The notes under the pieces were generated by a model. It saw only the letters and a program-made list of their open reading frames with translations. It did not search any database and was not told the DNA's origin. From an uncultured Alphaproteobacteria bacterium (GTDB lineage: Bacteria; Pseudomonadota; Alphaproteobacteria; Rhodobacterales; Rhodobacteraceae), in NCBI GenBank assembly GCA_963781185.1, contig CAWAEL010000027.1, positions 1 through 64,000 of the forward strand: a stretch of 64,000 nt of DNA, read 5' to 3'. Position numbers and translations under genes: made by a program. This document shows positions 1 through 10,323 of this stretch, piece by piece. Position 1 is the first letter of the stretch. Every line of letters starts with the position of its first letter.

Positions 1-238
1 CATCCGGCAGATCCAGATCGATCAGCGCGAAATCGAAATGGCGGTCACTTTCGAACAGCAGCGTGCGGGCTTCGGCGCAGGTGCTGGCGGTTTCGATGAC
101 GGCGCCGGGAAGGGCCGCGGCCAGCGACTCGCTGATCCAATTGCGGATCTCGCGGTTGTCATCAAGGATGAACGCCTGCAGCGGACGCGGGTCACGGGGT
201 TGGGGATCTGGCGGCTTTGCGGAATAGGGATGGGCCAT
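1..238 (-). CDS. response regulator, receiver domain (N-terminal part; gene runs off the window start)
   Basis: Minus-strand frame from ATG at 238..236 reads MAHPYSAKPP...LQAFILDDNREIRNWISE...DFALIDLDLPD. It has acidic-pocket and phospho-acceptor Asp motifs typical of REC domains. It starts 13 nt downstream of the histidine kinase stop. Confidence 0.55.
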   Translation of the reverse strand, partial: MAHPYSAKPPDPQPRDPRPLQAFILDDNREIRNWISESLAAALPGAVIETASTCAEARTLLFESDRHFDFALIDLDLPD

Positions 239-250
239 TGGGAACCTTGT

Positions 251-2608
251 TCAAGCGGCGGCGGGGGCGGACGGCAAATTGCCCGCAGTCGGAGCACCAC
301 TTACACCCGAACCCACGGCCCGCGACACTGGCCTCTTGGGAATGACCGGCAGGGTCAAAACCAGCAGATAGCAGCCCCGGTCGGTCTGCGGTTGGGCAGA
401 GATCGTGCCCCCCAAGGCAGCCGCCCGCGCCGCCATGTTGGCCGTGCCATTGCCGCGCCGCAGGGTTTCGGATGGTTGCTGGGCGGTGTCGGACAGCGGG
501 TTTTCCATCGACAGGGTCAATTGCCCACGGTCATATTCGCCACGGACCGTGATTTGGCCCTTCCCGCCATGGGCAAGCGCGTTCGACAGCGCCTCACGCA
601 GAATGGCGGTCAGGTTGCGCTGGGTTTCATAGCTGAGTGGGTCGGCCGCCTCATCGGCAGAGCCGAGCGGCCAGACCAATCTGCCGCCCTGCGCCTCAGC
701 CCGGTTGCGGCATTCTGAACGCATTTCAGCGATCTGATCTTCCAGCGTCACCGAGCGCCCGGCGATACCAGAGGCGATCTGGCGCAGGTCGGCCAGTGCC
801 TCGACCAGAAAGTTCTGGCGCTGGGTTTCGTCGCGGGCGTGCAGACCGGACAGCAGGTTCGCCCCCACATCATCATGCAGATCGCGCGCGATGCGGCGAC
901 GCTCTTCGGTCAACGCCTGTTCATAGGCCATTCGGTCGGCCTCAGCGGCATGGACGAGGTCATTGACCTGCGTCACCAAGGCCGCGTCCGCGCTGTTGAA
1001 CAGCCGCCGCCCTTGCCGCGCATGGCTTAGCCGCAGGGCGGGGGCGCCGTTCGCCGCCGGAACCAGCAGGCCAAGACCCTCAGCCTCCAGATCGGGTTTC
1101 GTCACCACCACATCGACCGGCTCCATATGCAGCGGCGTGAACAACCGCTGCAGCAGCGCCCGCCAAGCCGCAGCCTTGGTCGCAGGCCCCACCTGAAACG
1201 CAATGGACACCGTATCGGCATAGATCGCCGCCAGATCCGGGCGGTGCGGCGATAACCAGCGGTCAAACACCTGATCGCGCAACGGGAAATAGATCAGCCC
1301 CACCATCAGCACCGCAAAGGTCATCGACGCCGGGCCCGACAGGCTGAGCGTGAGCAGCACCACCAGATCCACGCAGATCAACAGCGCGATCACCCCCAGA
1401 TGGAACAGGATGCGCCATGCCCAACGGTCCAGATCAAACAGACGGTAGCGCGCAAATGCGAGGGCGGTTCCGACATAGATGGCGCAAAGCGGGATAAAGG
1501 ACATGCCCTGCGACATGATGCTGTCACGCTCCAACGCGACGGGCAAGGCCACCATCATGATGAACACCCCAGAGCCGAGCAGGAACGACAGGCCCAACCA
1601 GCGCAGCGCGGCCCGGTCGGCAGGCTTGCGCTTTGTCGCCCGCAGTTGCAGCAGTATCAGGGCGATGATCCCGAGAAAAATCACCCCGGTCAGGTTTTGC
1701 GGACGCACAAAATCATGCGGCGCCAGTTCAAACCGGTACAGCAGGATAGAGGCCACGACCAACCCGGCCGAAACACCCACAACGCTGCGCCGCGCGACAG
1801 GGCGGGGATAACGGGCAAACAGCGCAATCATCCCGATGCCAAAGACCAGCGTAGAGACGTGGTTGCCAGCGGAGGTCAGCGCCAAGGCCCAAGGCTCCAT
1901 CACCAAGGCGCGGGACGAATAGATGGCGGCGCTGAACGCCGCCCCCCCTACCCCAAGGCCTGCAAGGATAAAGCCCTCTAGCCCCTCGGCCGCCCGGACG
2001 CGCGCCGACCCCGGCCGCAAGGCGAAAAAGAACGCCGCGATCATCAAGACAATGGTGCCGCATACGATCTGCACCCAAAACGCAGCAGGCAGGGTCCAGA
2101 GCGGGGTATGCGCCGCCACCGAAAACGCCACCTGCGTCGGCGCGCTGCCATCGTCCGGCTGAACCGTGGCGACCAGTGGTTTGCCATCCGCAATGGCCGC
2201 CCGCACCAGCCCCATGATCGTAGCCTGAGCTTCGCGAAATGCAGCGCGGTCGGCATAGGTTGGCAGCATATCCGGATCTTCAACACCCAGATCTGGCGGC
2301 ACCGCTACAGGCGGCCCCCCGTCAAAGGACAGCGACAGCAGTTGCCCGCGACCATCGCCCAGTTTCACACCGATTTCACCGGGCGGCGAAGCCAGCAGAA
2401 GGCCGGGTGCAATGTCAGGCTGATTGGCTCTCAGGGTCAGGGTTGCGGCAAGGGCGACAAGAACAACCGCCAGCGAAAGGGTGAGTCGTAGAACCGGGGT
2501 CATCAGGCCAACGAAAATGCGGCGCGGAAATGCAGGTGACTGGTGGCTAGGCTTTGCCTGCTGGGTATTATTCTCCGGCATACCCGCAAGACCCTCCTTT
2601 TGTATCAA
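251..2608 (-). CDS. sensor histidine kinase with periplasmic domain, multi-TM (7TM-type) sensor module, HisKA_3 and HATPase_c
   Basis: 785-aa ORF. About 7-8 hydrophobic helices in the middle. ERRRIARDLHDDVGANL (HisKA_3 H-box) and ILREALSNALAHGG (N-box) near the C-terminus. Confidence 0.85.
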   Translation of the reverse strand: MIQKEGLAGMPENNTQQAKPSHQSPAFPRRIFVGLMTPVLRLTLSLAVVLVALAATLTLRANQPDIAPGLLLASPPGEIGVKLGDGRGQLLSLSFDGGPPVAVPPDLGVEDPDMLPTYADRAAFREAQATIMGLVRAAIADGKPLVATVQPDDGSAPTQVAFSVAAHTPLWTLPAAFWVQIVCGTIVLMIAAFFFALRPGSARVRAAEGLEGFILAGLGVGGAAFSAAIYSSRALVMEPWALALTSAGNHVSTLVFGIGMIALFARYPRPVARRSVVGVSAGLVVASILLYRFELAPHDFVRPQNLTGVIFLGIIALILLQLRATKRKPADRAALRWLGLSFLLGSGVFIMMVALPVALERDSIMSQGMSFIPLCAIYVGTALAFARYRLFDLDRWAWRILFHLGVIALLICVDLVVLLTLSLSGPASMTFAVLMVGLIYFPLRDQVFDRWLSPHRPDLAAIYADTVSIAFQVGPATKAAAWRALLQRLFTPLHMEPVDVVVTKPDLEAEGLGLLVPAANGAPALRLSHARQGRRLFNSADAALVTQVNDLVHAAEADRMAYEQALTEERRRIARDLHDDVGANLLSGLHARDETQRQNFLVEALADLRQIASGIAGRSVTLEDQIAEMRSECRNRAEAQGGRLVWPLGSADEAADPLSYETQRNLTAILREALSNALAHGGKGQITVRGEYDRGQLTLSMENPLSDTAQQPSETLRRGNGTANMAARAAALGGTISAQPQTDRGCYLLVLTLPVIPKRPVSRAVGSGVSGAPTAGNLPSAPAAA

Positions 2609-2620
2609 TGTGTTCCTCTA

Positions 2621-2711
2621 TCACCGTGCAACCGGTGAACATAAGTCCCGACCCCTCGGCTCCCCCCGCGAATCGACCCCTAAATGCAGCGTATCACCTG
2701 TTCGGGTGATA
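2621..2711. promoter_or_regulatory. two related palindromes (TCACCG-N6-CGGTGA at 2621-2638; TATCACC-N6-GGTGATA at 2692-2711) in the divergent kinase/RTX promoter region
   Basis: Read directly in the sequence. Both share an ATCACC...GGTGA core. They lie upstream of the RTX gene, which has an AGGAGG RBS at 2760-2765. Confidence 0.4.
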
Positions 2712-2770
2712 GGGCACCGGCGAGAATTAGGTCATAGCGGAGAGAACGCTGTGAATGACAGGAGGATCCA

Positions 2771-5700
2771 ATGGCAACCATCACCGGGACAGAGAACAAA
2801 GACACTCTGATTGGCACCAGTGAATACAATGACTACATCACTGCTCTGGGGGGCAACGATAAGGTCTACGGCAACTTTGGAACCGACAATGTCTACGGCG
2901 GCGAGGGCAACGACTCGCTCTACGGCGGCTATCAAACGGACTTCCTTCAAGGTGAGGCTGGCAACGACCTTCTGGAAGGCGGCAGCGGGGGTGACTACCT
3001 CTATGGCGGGACTGGCTCTGACACTTTCGTAGGTGGCAGCGGCAATGACACCATCGGCCAGATCGAGGTGCCAAGCACGCCGCTGCAAAAGAACACCATC
3101 GACGGTGGCTCGGGCGTCGACAAGCTGATCCTGACCTACTACCCGATGACCAAAGCGATCAATCTTACGATCAAGGACTGGATCGACACCCAAACGCTGC
3201 TTGGCAATGTGAAGGTCGTCAACGTTGAAAACTTCCAGATCGGCGGCACGCAGTTCAACGACAAGATGTTCGGCGGCTTCGGCTCAGATAACTTCTTCGG
3301 GGTTGAGGGCAATGACACCCTCATCGGCAATGGCGGCATCGACTCGCTGGACGGCGGCTTTGGCGATGACGTCCTGCGCGGCGGCCTCGGCGGGGACGTG
3401 CTATACGGTGCTGACGGCGACGACAATCTGTTCGGGGACGAAGGCTATAACCAGCTTTATGGTGGAAATGGCAACGACACCTTGTCCAACATCGATGCCG
3501 GACGGATGGACGGCGGCGCTGGAAACGACGTGCTGAATGGCGGCAAGCTGGGCGAACTCGATGCTGGGCGGTTTTGGCGATGACAAGCTGTTTGGCAAAG
3601 ACGGCAATGATACGCTGAACGACACGGCCGGAAATGACCTGCTGAATGGCGGCGCGGGCAATGACTATGTGTACTTCACCTTCAACGAAGGCAAAGACAC
3701 CCTCATCGGCGGGGCGGGCAACGATAATCTGTCCATCTTCCAGCTGACCGGGGATTTCACAGCCAAGGCGCCGGGCCAGACCGTAAAACTGTTGGGCGGC
3801 TCCACGATTACCGGGTTTGAGAGCTATACGATCACCACGGCCTATGACTCCTCCAACCACAAGATCACCGTGTTGGGCGGCGATGACAACGTCACCACCA
3901 GCAGTGGCAACGACAAGATCATCGGCAACGCTGGCAGGGATTATCTGAACGCCAGCACCGGCAAGGACAGTGTCTTTGGCGGCAAGGGCGACGACGATCT
4001 GTCCGTCGGTGGCGGAGGCGCGGACCTCGTCGAAGGTGGCGCGGGCATCGATCAGGTAAACTTGCGCTACTATGGTGAAGCTGGCGACATGACGCTGAAA
4101 ATCACCGGCACCAACGCAACGCTGACCGGCGGCACAGTCGTCAAAAGCGTCGAGAGGTACTGGATTCAGTTCGGCGTTGGCGATGACAAGATCGTCTCGG
4201 TCGGCAAGGCGCAATCGATCAACGCCAATGGCGGTGACGGCAACGACATATTGATCGGCACCAAGAACTCTTATGACTATCTCAGCGGCGAGAACGGCGA
4301 TGACCGCCTAGAGGGTGGTGACGGCAATGACGGCCTCTATGGCGGCAGCGGCAGCGATACGATCTTTGGTGGTGCTGGCAATGACTCGATCTACGATGTG
4401 GGTGGCGTCAAAAGCGTCATCAATGCCGGGGACGGCAACGATACGATCAATGCCGACAATGGCTATGGCGATGATGTCGGCAACTTCAAGATCGACGCAG
4501 GTACCGGCGACGATACGGTAATCCGTGGGTATTCCGCGACGGGCACCTTCAATGCCAAAGGCGGCGCCGGGATCGACTACCTTCAACTGTCCCTGTCCCA
4601 AGACACCACACCGGTTGTCTTCAAGATGAGCAATAATATCAGCATGAAAGGCGGGATGATCAAAGCGACTGACTTTGAGCGGATCAACCTGTCCTCTGGC
4701 AGCGGAAATGACAAACTGACCGGTGGAAAACTGGATGACACGTTCTCCAGTAACGCTGGCAACGACAAACTGACAGGTTATGCCGGCAACGATTATCTGA
4801 ACGGCGGCGGGGGCGTGGATTCACTCTATGGTGGCTCTGGCAACGATACGCTGATCAGCGGCAGCTATGTCCTGTCTGAAACTGGTGAAGTGTTGAACGG
4901 CGGCACCGGCAACGACTACATCATTGCTTGGCATGGCTCCACGGTGATCGGCGGCAAGGGCATTGATAACCTGAACCTGAACCTGTCCGACCAATCCGGC
5001 AACTTCACTCTGGACATCACCAAGGCGAGCAACACGCTCGACGCGGAAACCAAGATCTCCAGCATTGAACAGTTGAACTACACTGGCGGCAACGGGATCG
5101 ACCGGGTGACTGGCGGCAAGCTGTATGACGTGATCAACGGCGGCGGCGGCAACGACGTGATCCACGGCGGCGGCAGTGGCGACCAACTGTCCGACGGCGC
5201 GGGCAATGACAAAGTCTACGGCGATGCCGGCGACGACTTCCTCAGCCGGACAGATGCCACCGGCCAGGACGTGTTCTATGGCGGCTCCGGCTATGACACG
5301 TTCACCTTCGCCTCCTATACGCTTTCGGCGCAACTCGACCTGCAAACGGCCGCCAACAACGCAGGCCAGGCGGCGGGGCTAAAGTTGAAGGGGATCGAAA
5401 AGATCGTCGGCAGCTATGCCGATGACGATATGCGCGGAAGCGGTGGAAACGACAACTTCGACGGCAGCTTTGCTGACGATGTGCTGATGGGCCGTGGCGG
5501 GAACGATACGCTGAACGGCGGCAGCGGCGACGATTGGCTGACGGGCGGTTCGGGCAAGGACGTGTTCGTGTTCGACTATGGCTCTCGTGGGGGCAACGGC
5601 GACATCATCACCGACTTCACGCATGGTGACGACAAGCTGGCGATCTACAATGGTTTCGGCATGACGCAAGACACCTTCCATCTTGTCAACGGACCCAATC

Positions 5701-5858
5701 CGACGACGAACAAACAGGAAGCAACCTTCTTGTTTGAGACTGACAATGGCCGCCTTTGGTTCGATGCGGACGGTTCGGGCACCTACACAGAGAGTGAACT
5801 GATCGCCATCCTGCAAGGTGTCACCTCGCTGAGCATAAGCGACTTCACCTTCCTTTGA
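2771..5858 (+). CDS. RTX (hemolysin-type calcium-binding repeat) protein, ~1030 aa, type I secretion substrate; one frame break near 3540-3585
   Basis: Dozens of GGxGxDxL nonapeptide repeats from the N-terminus. The C-terminus (GDIITDFTHGDDKLAI...FLFETDNGRLWFDADGSG...SDFTFL) resembles a T1SS C-terminal target domain. ORFs 2771..3583 and 3537..5858 overlap in different frames within one repeat unit at a GGTTTTGG run. Confidence 0.8.
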
Positions 5859-5905
5859 CCTGATCTGCGATCAGGCAAAGGCCAAGGTATTTCGATGACG
5901 ACCGG

Positions 5906-5935
5906 CGCGGGGGTAACACCCCGCGTCTTTTTTTT
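5906..5935 (+). terminator. rho-independent terminator (CGCGGGGG-taaca-CCCCGCG followed by T9)
   Basis: GC stem-loop plus a long T tract immediately after the RTX stop. Confidence 0.8.
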
Positions 5936-5951
5936 GGGCTTGGCGGTTTGG

Positions 5952-6431
5952 CTACACCGCGAACATGTTCTGCTGAACCGCCAGCATATGGGCGCGCATG
6001 GTTTCGGCCGCCGCCTGCGCGTCGCGGCCCTCGATGGCATTCAGGATCGCCGCATGTTCCTCACAATACTGCACCCGCCGGGCGGCAGAGAAGGTCTTGC
6101 GCTTCAACTCGATCCATTGCGGGCGGCTGCGGATCGCCAGCAGGATGTCATGCAGCGTGGTCAGAAAATCGTTGCGGGTGCTCTCAAAGATGCGCTTGTG
6201 AAACTCACCATCCCAGCCCTCGAACGCATCCTTCTCAAGCGACACCAGCGCCATCTGATGGGCGTGGCGGATGGTTTCCAGATCGGTTTCGCGGGCATTG
6301 GCGGCGGCGACAGCGGCGGCCTGCGGTTCCACAATCATGCGGACCCGCATCACGTCGAGCGGGCTGGACCCGGCGATGCTGGTCATCACGGCCAACAGAT
6401 CGGCTTCGGTCTGGCTTGCGGATTGGGTCAT
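5952..6431 (-). CDS. stand-alone FCD domain protein (GntR/FadR C-terminal ligand-binding domain without an HTH)
   Basis: 159 aa, about 45% identical to the C-terminal half of the upstream GntR regulator. Its ATG overlaps that gene's stop (ATGA at 6428-6431). There is no room or frame for a winged-helix domain. Confidence 0.7.
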   Translation of the reverse strand: MTQSASQTEADLLAVMTSIAGSSPLDVMRVRMIVEPQAAAVAAANARETDLETIRHAHQMALVSLEKDAFEGWDGEFHKRIFESTRNDFLTTLHDILLAIRSRPQWIELKRKTFSAARRVQYCEEHAAILNAIEGRDAQAAAETMRAHMLAVQQNMFAV

Positions 6432-7129
6432 TGGATTGACGCTCCGAACAGGGTCCGGCTGCGGACCAGAAGATGTTGGCGCATCGCCTCTGCCGCGGCA
6501 TCGGGGTCACGGGCGGTCAGGGCGGCAATGATGATGCGGTGCTGGTCGCAGGTCGCAAGCCGCCCCTCTTCGGTGAACCCGCGCCGCCGGATGCCCGAAA
6601 TCCGTGGCTGGCTGCGGATGATTGACAGGATCTCATTCAGGTTCCGCAGCAGATCGTTGCGGGTCGCGAGGAAGATGCGGTGGTGCAGCGCCGTATCCCA
6701 ATGTTCAAAGTCCAGCTTTTCGGTCGCGCCACAGGCCGCCTCATGCGCCTCAGTAATCGCTGCGAGTTCAGAGGCACTGGCATTGGCGGCAGCGGCGGCA
6801 GCGGCGGGCGGTTCGATAATCAGCCGCATGTTCATGATGTCGAGCGGGCTGGTCCCGGCCAGATTGCGAACGATCTGCACCAGATCCTTGGCCCCGTCCG
6901 GCGCCTCACCGGGCAGCGCATCGGCAATCAACGTCCCGCGCCCGACATGGCGGGTGACAAGCCCGTCAGCCACCAACGTCTCAATCGCGCGGCGGATCGT
7001 GTTGCGGGCCACGCCATATTCCTGCGACAGGGCGCGTTCATTCGGAACGACCTTGGTCGCGGCCCATTCGCCAGCCAGCACCCTGCCCTTGAGCGAGGCC
7101 GCAATATCGCCGGATTTGAGTTTCGTCAT
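6428..7129 (-). CDS. GntR family (FadR subfamily) transcriptional regulator
   Basis: N-terminal wHTH (ALSQEYGVARNTIRRAIETLVADGLV) plus C-terminal FCD domain. Confidence 0.85.
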   Translation of the reverse strand: MTKLKSGDIAASLKGRVLAGEWAATKVVPNERALSQEYGVARNTIRRAIETLVADGLVTRHVGRGTLIADALPGEAPDGAKDLVQIVRNLAGTSPLDIMNMRLIIEPPAAAAAAANASASELAAITEAHEAACGATEKLDFEHWDTALHHRIFLATRNDLLRNLNEILSIIRSQPRISGIRRRGFTEEGRLATCDQHRIIIAALTARDPDAAAEAMRQHLLVRSRTLFGASIQ

Positions 7130-7154
7130 CGTGCAGCCCCTGAATCCACGTAAA

Positions 7155-7297
7155 CCAATTATCGCATTGGTATAGAACCGTCTAGTGATTACGACTTAAC
7201 CATAGCGCTCAAACCAAAGAATTGGGAGGAAATGTTCAGAATGCCGCTTGAATGGTCCCTTTTCTGCCGCTAGTCTCATTGAAAATCTATACCAATC
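7155..7297. promoter_or_regulatory. pair of mirror-image operator-like sites: CCAAT-N6-ATTGG+TATAGA (7155-7176) and TCTATA+CCAAT-N6-ATTGG (7276-7297)
   Basis: Read directly. Each site is an internal palindrome. The two sites are reverse complements of each other including the TATAGA flank. They sit in the divergent GntR/FAH intergenic region. Confidence 0.5.
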
Positions 7298-7328
7298 GTC
7301 AGATTGGCTCAGGGAATTGGGGGAACCA

Positions 7329-8195
7329 GTGCATATCGCCACTTTTGACATCGCCGGAGAGCGGCGGGTTGGTCTGGTTGACCCCGTAGCCCAGACTGTC
7401 GCCGCCTTTGATTTGGCCGTGGACTCCGCCCGCGACGGTGTGCTGGCCCTGATCGGCAAACCCCTGCCGCGTACCCTGTCGCCCATGCCGCTGTCGCAAG
7501 TGACTCTGGCCGCCCCGATCCCCCTGCCCCGGCGCAACGTCTTTTGCGTCGGCAAGAATTACCACGCCCACGCCCAAGAATTCGCGGCCTCAGGTTTTGA
7601 CAGTTCCGCCGCAGCGGGCGCCGTCCCCAAACATCCCATCATCTTTTCCAAACTGCCTGAGTCGGTTGTCGCCACCCACACCCCCGTCGTGATCGACCCC
7701 AAAGTCTCCACCGCGATCGATTATGAGGCGGAGCTTGCGGTCATCATCGGCAAGGGCGGTCGTGGGATTTCCAAAGCGGATGCCATGGACCATGTCTGGG
7801 GCTATACGATCATCAACGACGTCACCGCCCGCGACCTGCAGGGCAAATACAGCCAATGGCTGATCGGCAAATCGCAAGACACCTTCTGCCCGATGGGTCC
7901 GTTTGCCGTCACGGCGGATGAGGTGGACCTGTCCACCGCCGCCGTCCGCTGTTTTGTGAATGGCGAAAAACGGCAGGATCAGGTGGTGCGCGATCTGATC
8001 TTCGACATTCCAACCCTGATTGCCACCCTGTCCGAAGGCATCACCCTGAACCCCGGCGACATCATCGCCACTGGCACCCCTGCTGGCGTCGGCATCGGCT
8101 ACACCCCGCCGATCTATCTGAAGGACGGCGATGTGGTGCGGATTGAGATTGACGGCATCGGCACGCTGGAAAACCGCTTTGTGGGGCGCGCCTGA
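7329..8195 (+). CDS. fumarylacetoacetate hydrolase (FAH) family protein
   Basis: FAH-fold motifs (IIFSKLPESV...IDYEAELAVIIGKGG...GYTIINDVTARDLQ). A GTG start with GGGGGA RBS is preferred over the upstream ATG at 7248. Confidence 0.75.
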   Translation: MHIATFDIAGERRVGLVDPVAQTVAAFDLAVDSARDGVLALIGKPLPRTLSPMPLSQVTLAAPIPLPRRNVFCVGKNYHAHAQEFAASGFDSSAAAGAVPKHPIIFSKLPESVVATHTPVVIDPKVSTAIDYEAELAVIIGKGGRGISKADAMDHVWGYTIINDVTARDLQGKYSQWLIGKSQDTFCPMGPFAVTADEVDLSTAAVRCFVNGEKRQDQVVRDLIFDIPTLIATLSEGITLNPGDIIATGTPAGVGIGYTPPIYLKDGDVVRIEIDGIGTLENRFVGRA

Positions 8196-8969
8196 TGCCA
8201 AACGCCGCCCCCCTTGTGACCGAGGATACCGGCACGGGCGACGCCGTGGTCATGATCCACGGCCTTGGCGGCACGTCGAACACGTTTCAACCGCTGATGG
8301 CGGCCCTGTCTGGCTACCGCGTGATCCGCCCCGACATGCCGGGATCAGCCCGCTCCGCAACCCCGACAGAGCCTATGTCGATAGAGGGTCACGCGGCGGC
8401 GGTTCTGGCGACGCTAACCGCAGCGGGCATCACGCGGGCGCATTTCGTCGGCCATTCGATGGGCACCCTTGTCTGCCAGCACATCGCGGCCACCGCCCCG
8501 CGATGTGTGGCCAGCCTGCTCCTGTTCGGCGCCCTGACGGAACCCGGCGACGCCGCGCGGACCGGCCTTGTCGCCCGCGCAGGCGTGGCCCGACAGTCCG
8601 GCATGGGCCCCATCGCGGATCAGATCATCGCGGGAACCATCTCAACCACCACGCACGCCGAGAACCCGGCAGCCGTGGCCTTTGTCCGCGAATCGATCCT
8701 GCGCCAACCGCCCGAAGGCTATGCCCGCAACTGCGAGGCCTTGGCACGGGCGCAGGCAACGGACGGCCGCAAAATCATCGCCGCCCACCCTGCTGGTCGC
8801 GGGCAGCGATGATCCGGTGGCCCCGGTCAGCATGGGGCAGATGCTCATAGACCAAATCGCAGGCGCATCCATGATTGTGCTGGATCGCTGCGGCCACTGG
8901 ATTACGCTGGAGAAATCACAGGTCAGCGCGGGGCTGCTGCGCGACCATCTGGCACGACATAGAATTTAG
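8195..8969 (+). CDS. alpha/beta hydrolase (3-oxoadipate enol-lactonase-like); frame break near 8785-8800
   Basis: HGLGG...GHSMG nucleophile elbow. The C-terminal PTLLVAGSDDPV...DRCGHW continues in another frame after an AAAA run. Confidence 0.65.
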
Positions 8970-9006
8970 GGCGACACAAAGCTGTCGCACTTTCGGGGAG
9001 GAAAGC

Positions 9007-10323
9007 ATGGCGAACGAACAGACATGGGGCATGGCGAGCGGGGGAACCCTGTTCACCAATGTGCGCATCCTCGATGCAACCGGCGACTATCCCTATACCG
9101 GTGAGGTTCTGGTGCAGGGCGACCGCATCAAACGCATCACGCGCGGCGGCTCATCCTATGGCGGCTCCAACGCGGGCGGGGCCACGGTGATTGACGGCAT
9201 GGGGGCCACCCTGATGCCCGGCCTGATCGACGCCCACCTGCATCTGTCGTGGAACAACGCCCCCGGCATCGACCCAATCCAGATGATGGAGGTCGAGGAA
9301 CATATGCTGGTCACGATGGAGATGGCCAAGACCGTCATCGACGCGGGCTTCACCTCGGGCCGTGGCGCCGCAGCGGCCAAAGCCCGGCTGGATGTGGTGT
9401 GCAAGAAATTCATCAACCAGGGCCGCTTCCCCGGCCCGCGTTATCTGGCGGCGGGGCCAGAGATTACCACGGTCGGCGGCCTCGGCGATGCCGCGCCCAG
9501 CCATATCCCGCATCCCGGCCTCAACCTCGGGTTGGTCGTGTCAGGCCCGGAAGAAGTCCGCCGCACCGTCCGCACGCTGATCAAATACGGCGTCGACAGC
9601 ATCAAACTGAACCTGTCCGGTGAGGCGATCACCGGCATGGGGGCCGAAGAAACCCCGATGTCCGAAGAAGAGGTCGCGATGGCTGTTTCTGAGGCCAAGT
9701 GCCGGGGCAAGGTCGTCGGCGCCCATGCGCGGTCGTCCGGGTCGGTCCTGCAATGCGTCCGCCACGGCATCCAGAACATCTACCACGCGTCCTTCGCCAA
9801 TGAAGAGGCACTCGACGCACTAGAGGCGGTCAAGGACAAACACATCGTCGCCCCCGGCATCGCATGGCTTATCAACACCGCGCGCCACGCCGCAGAATGG
9901 GGCATCAAACCCGGCAGCCGTCTGGCCGACGAATACGAACATGAGCTGGAAATGTGCGTGGCGACGATGAAAAAGATGCACCGCCGCGGCATCCGCATCT
10001 GCATCGGTGGCGACTATGGCTTTGCCTGGACACCGCAAGGCACCAACGCCAACGACATTCAGACCTTTGTCGAAATGCTCGGCTTCACCCCGATGGAGGC
10101 CATTCAGGCCAGCACCAAATACGGCGGCCATATCATGAATATGGAAACCGAGTTGGGCATGCTGAAAGAGGGCTGGCTGGCCGACATGATCCTCGTCGAT
10201 GGCGACCCCCTCGCCGATGTCCGCATCCTGCAAGACAAAAACCGCATCCTCGCCATCATGAAGGACGGAAAGTTCCACAAGGCCCCCCGCATCAACGACG
10301 CCCGCCGCCGGTTGACCGCATGA
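9007..10323 (+). CDS. metal-dependent amidohydrolase family protein
   Basis: MPGLIDAHLHL motif. GGGAGG RBS 6 nt upstream of ATG 9007. Confidence 0.8.
   Translation: MANEQTWGMASGGTLFTNVRILDATGDYPYTGEVLVQGDRIKRITRGGSSYGGSNAGGATVIDGMGATLMPGLIDAHLHLSWNNAPGIDPIQMMEVEEHMLVTMEMAKTVIDAGFTSGRGAAAAKARLDVVCKKFINQGRFPGPRYLAAGPEITTVGGLGDAAPSHIPHPGLNLGLVVSGPEEVRRTVRTLIKYGVDSIKLNLSGEAITGMGAEETPMSEEEVAMAVSEAKCRGKVVGAHARSSGSVLQCVRHGIQNIYHASFANEEALDALEAVKDKHIVAPGIAWLINTARHAAEWGIKPGSRLADEYEHELEMCVATMKKMHRRGIRICIGGDYGFAWTPQGTNANDIQTFVEMLGFTPMEAIQASTKYGGHIMNMETELGMLKEGWLADMILVDGDPLADVRILQDKNRILAIMKDGKFHKAPRINDARRRLTA

Noticed and set aside
22-300. 92-aa minus-strand ORF overlapping the kinase/regulator junction
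   Set aside because: Pro/Arg-rich translation in the wrong frame. The REC-domain frame starting at 238 explains this region.
2771-5858. Treating ORFs 2771..3583 and 3537..5858 as two separate RTX genes
   Set aside because: They overlap by 47 nt in different frames inside a continuous repeat unit, with no RBS for the second. They are one gene with a single indel.
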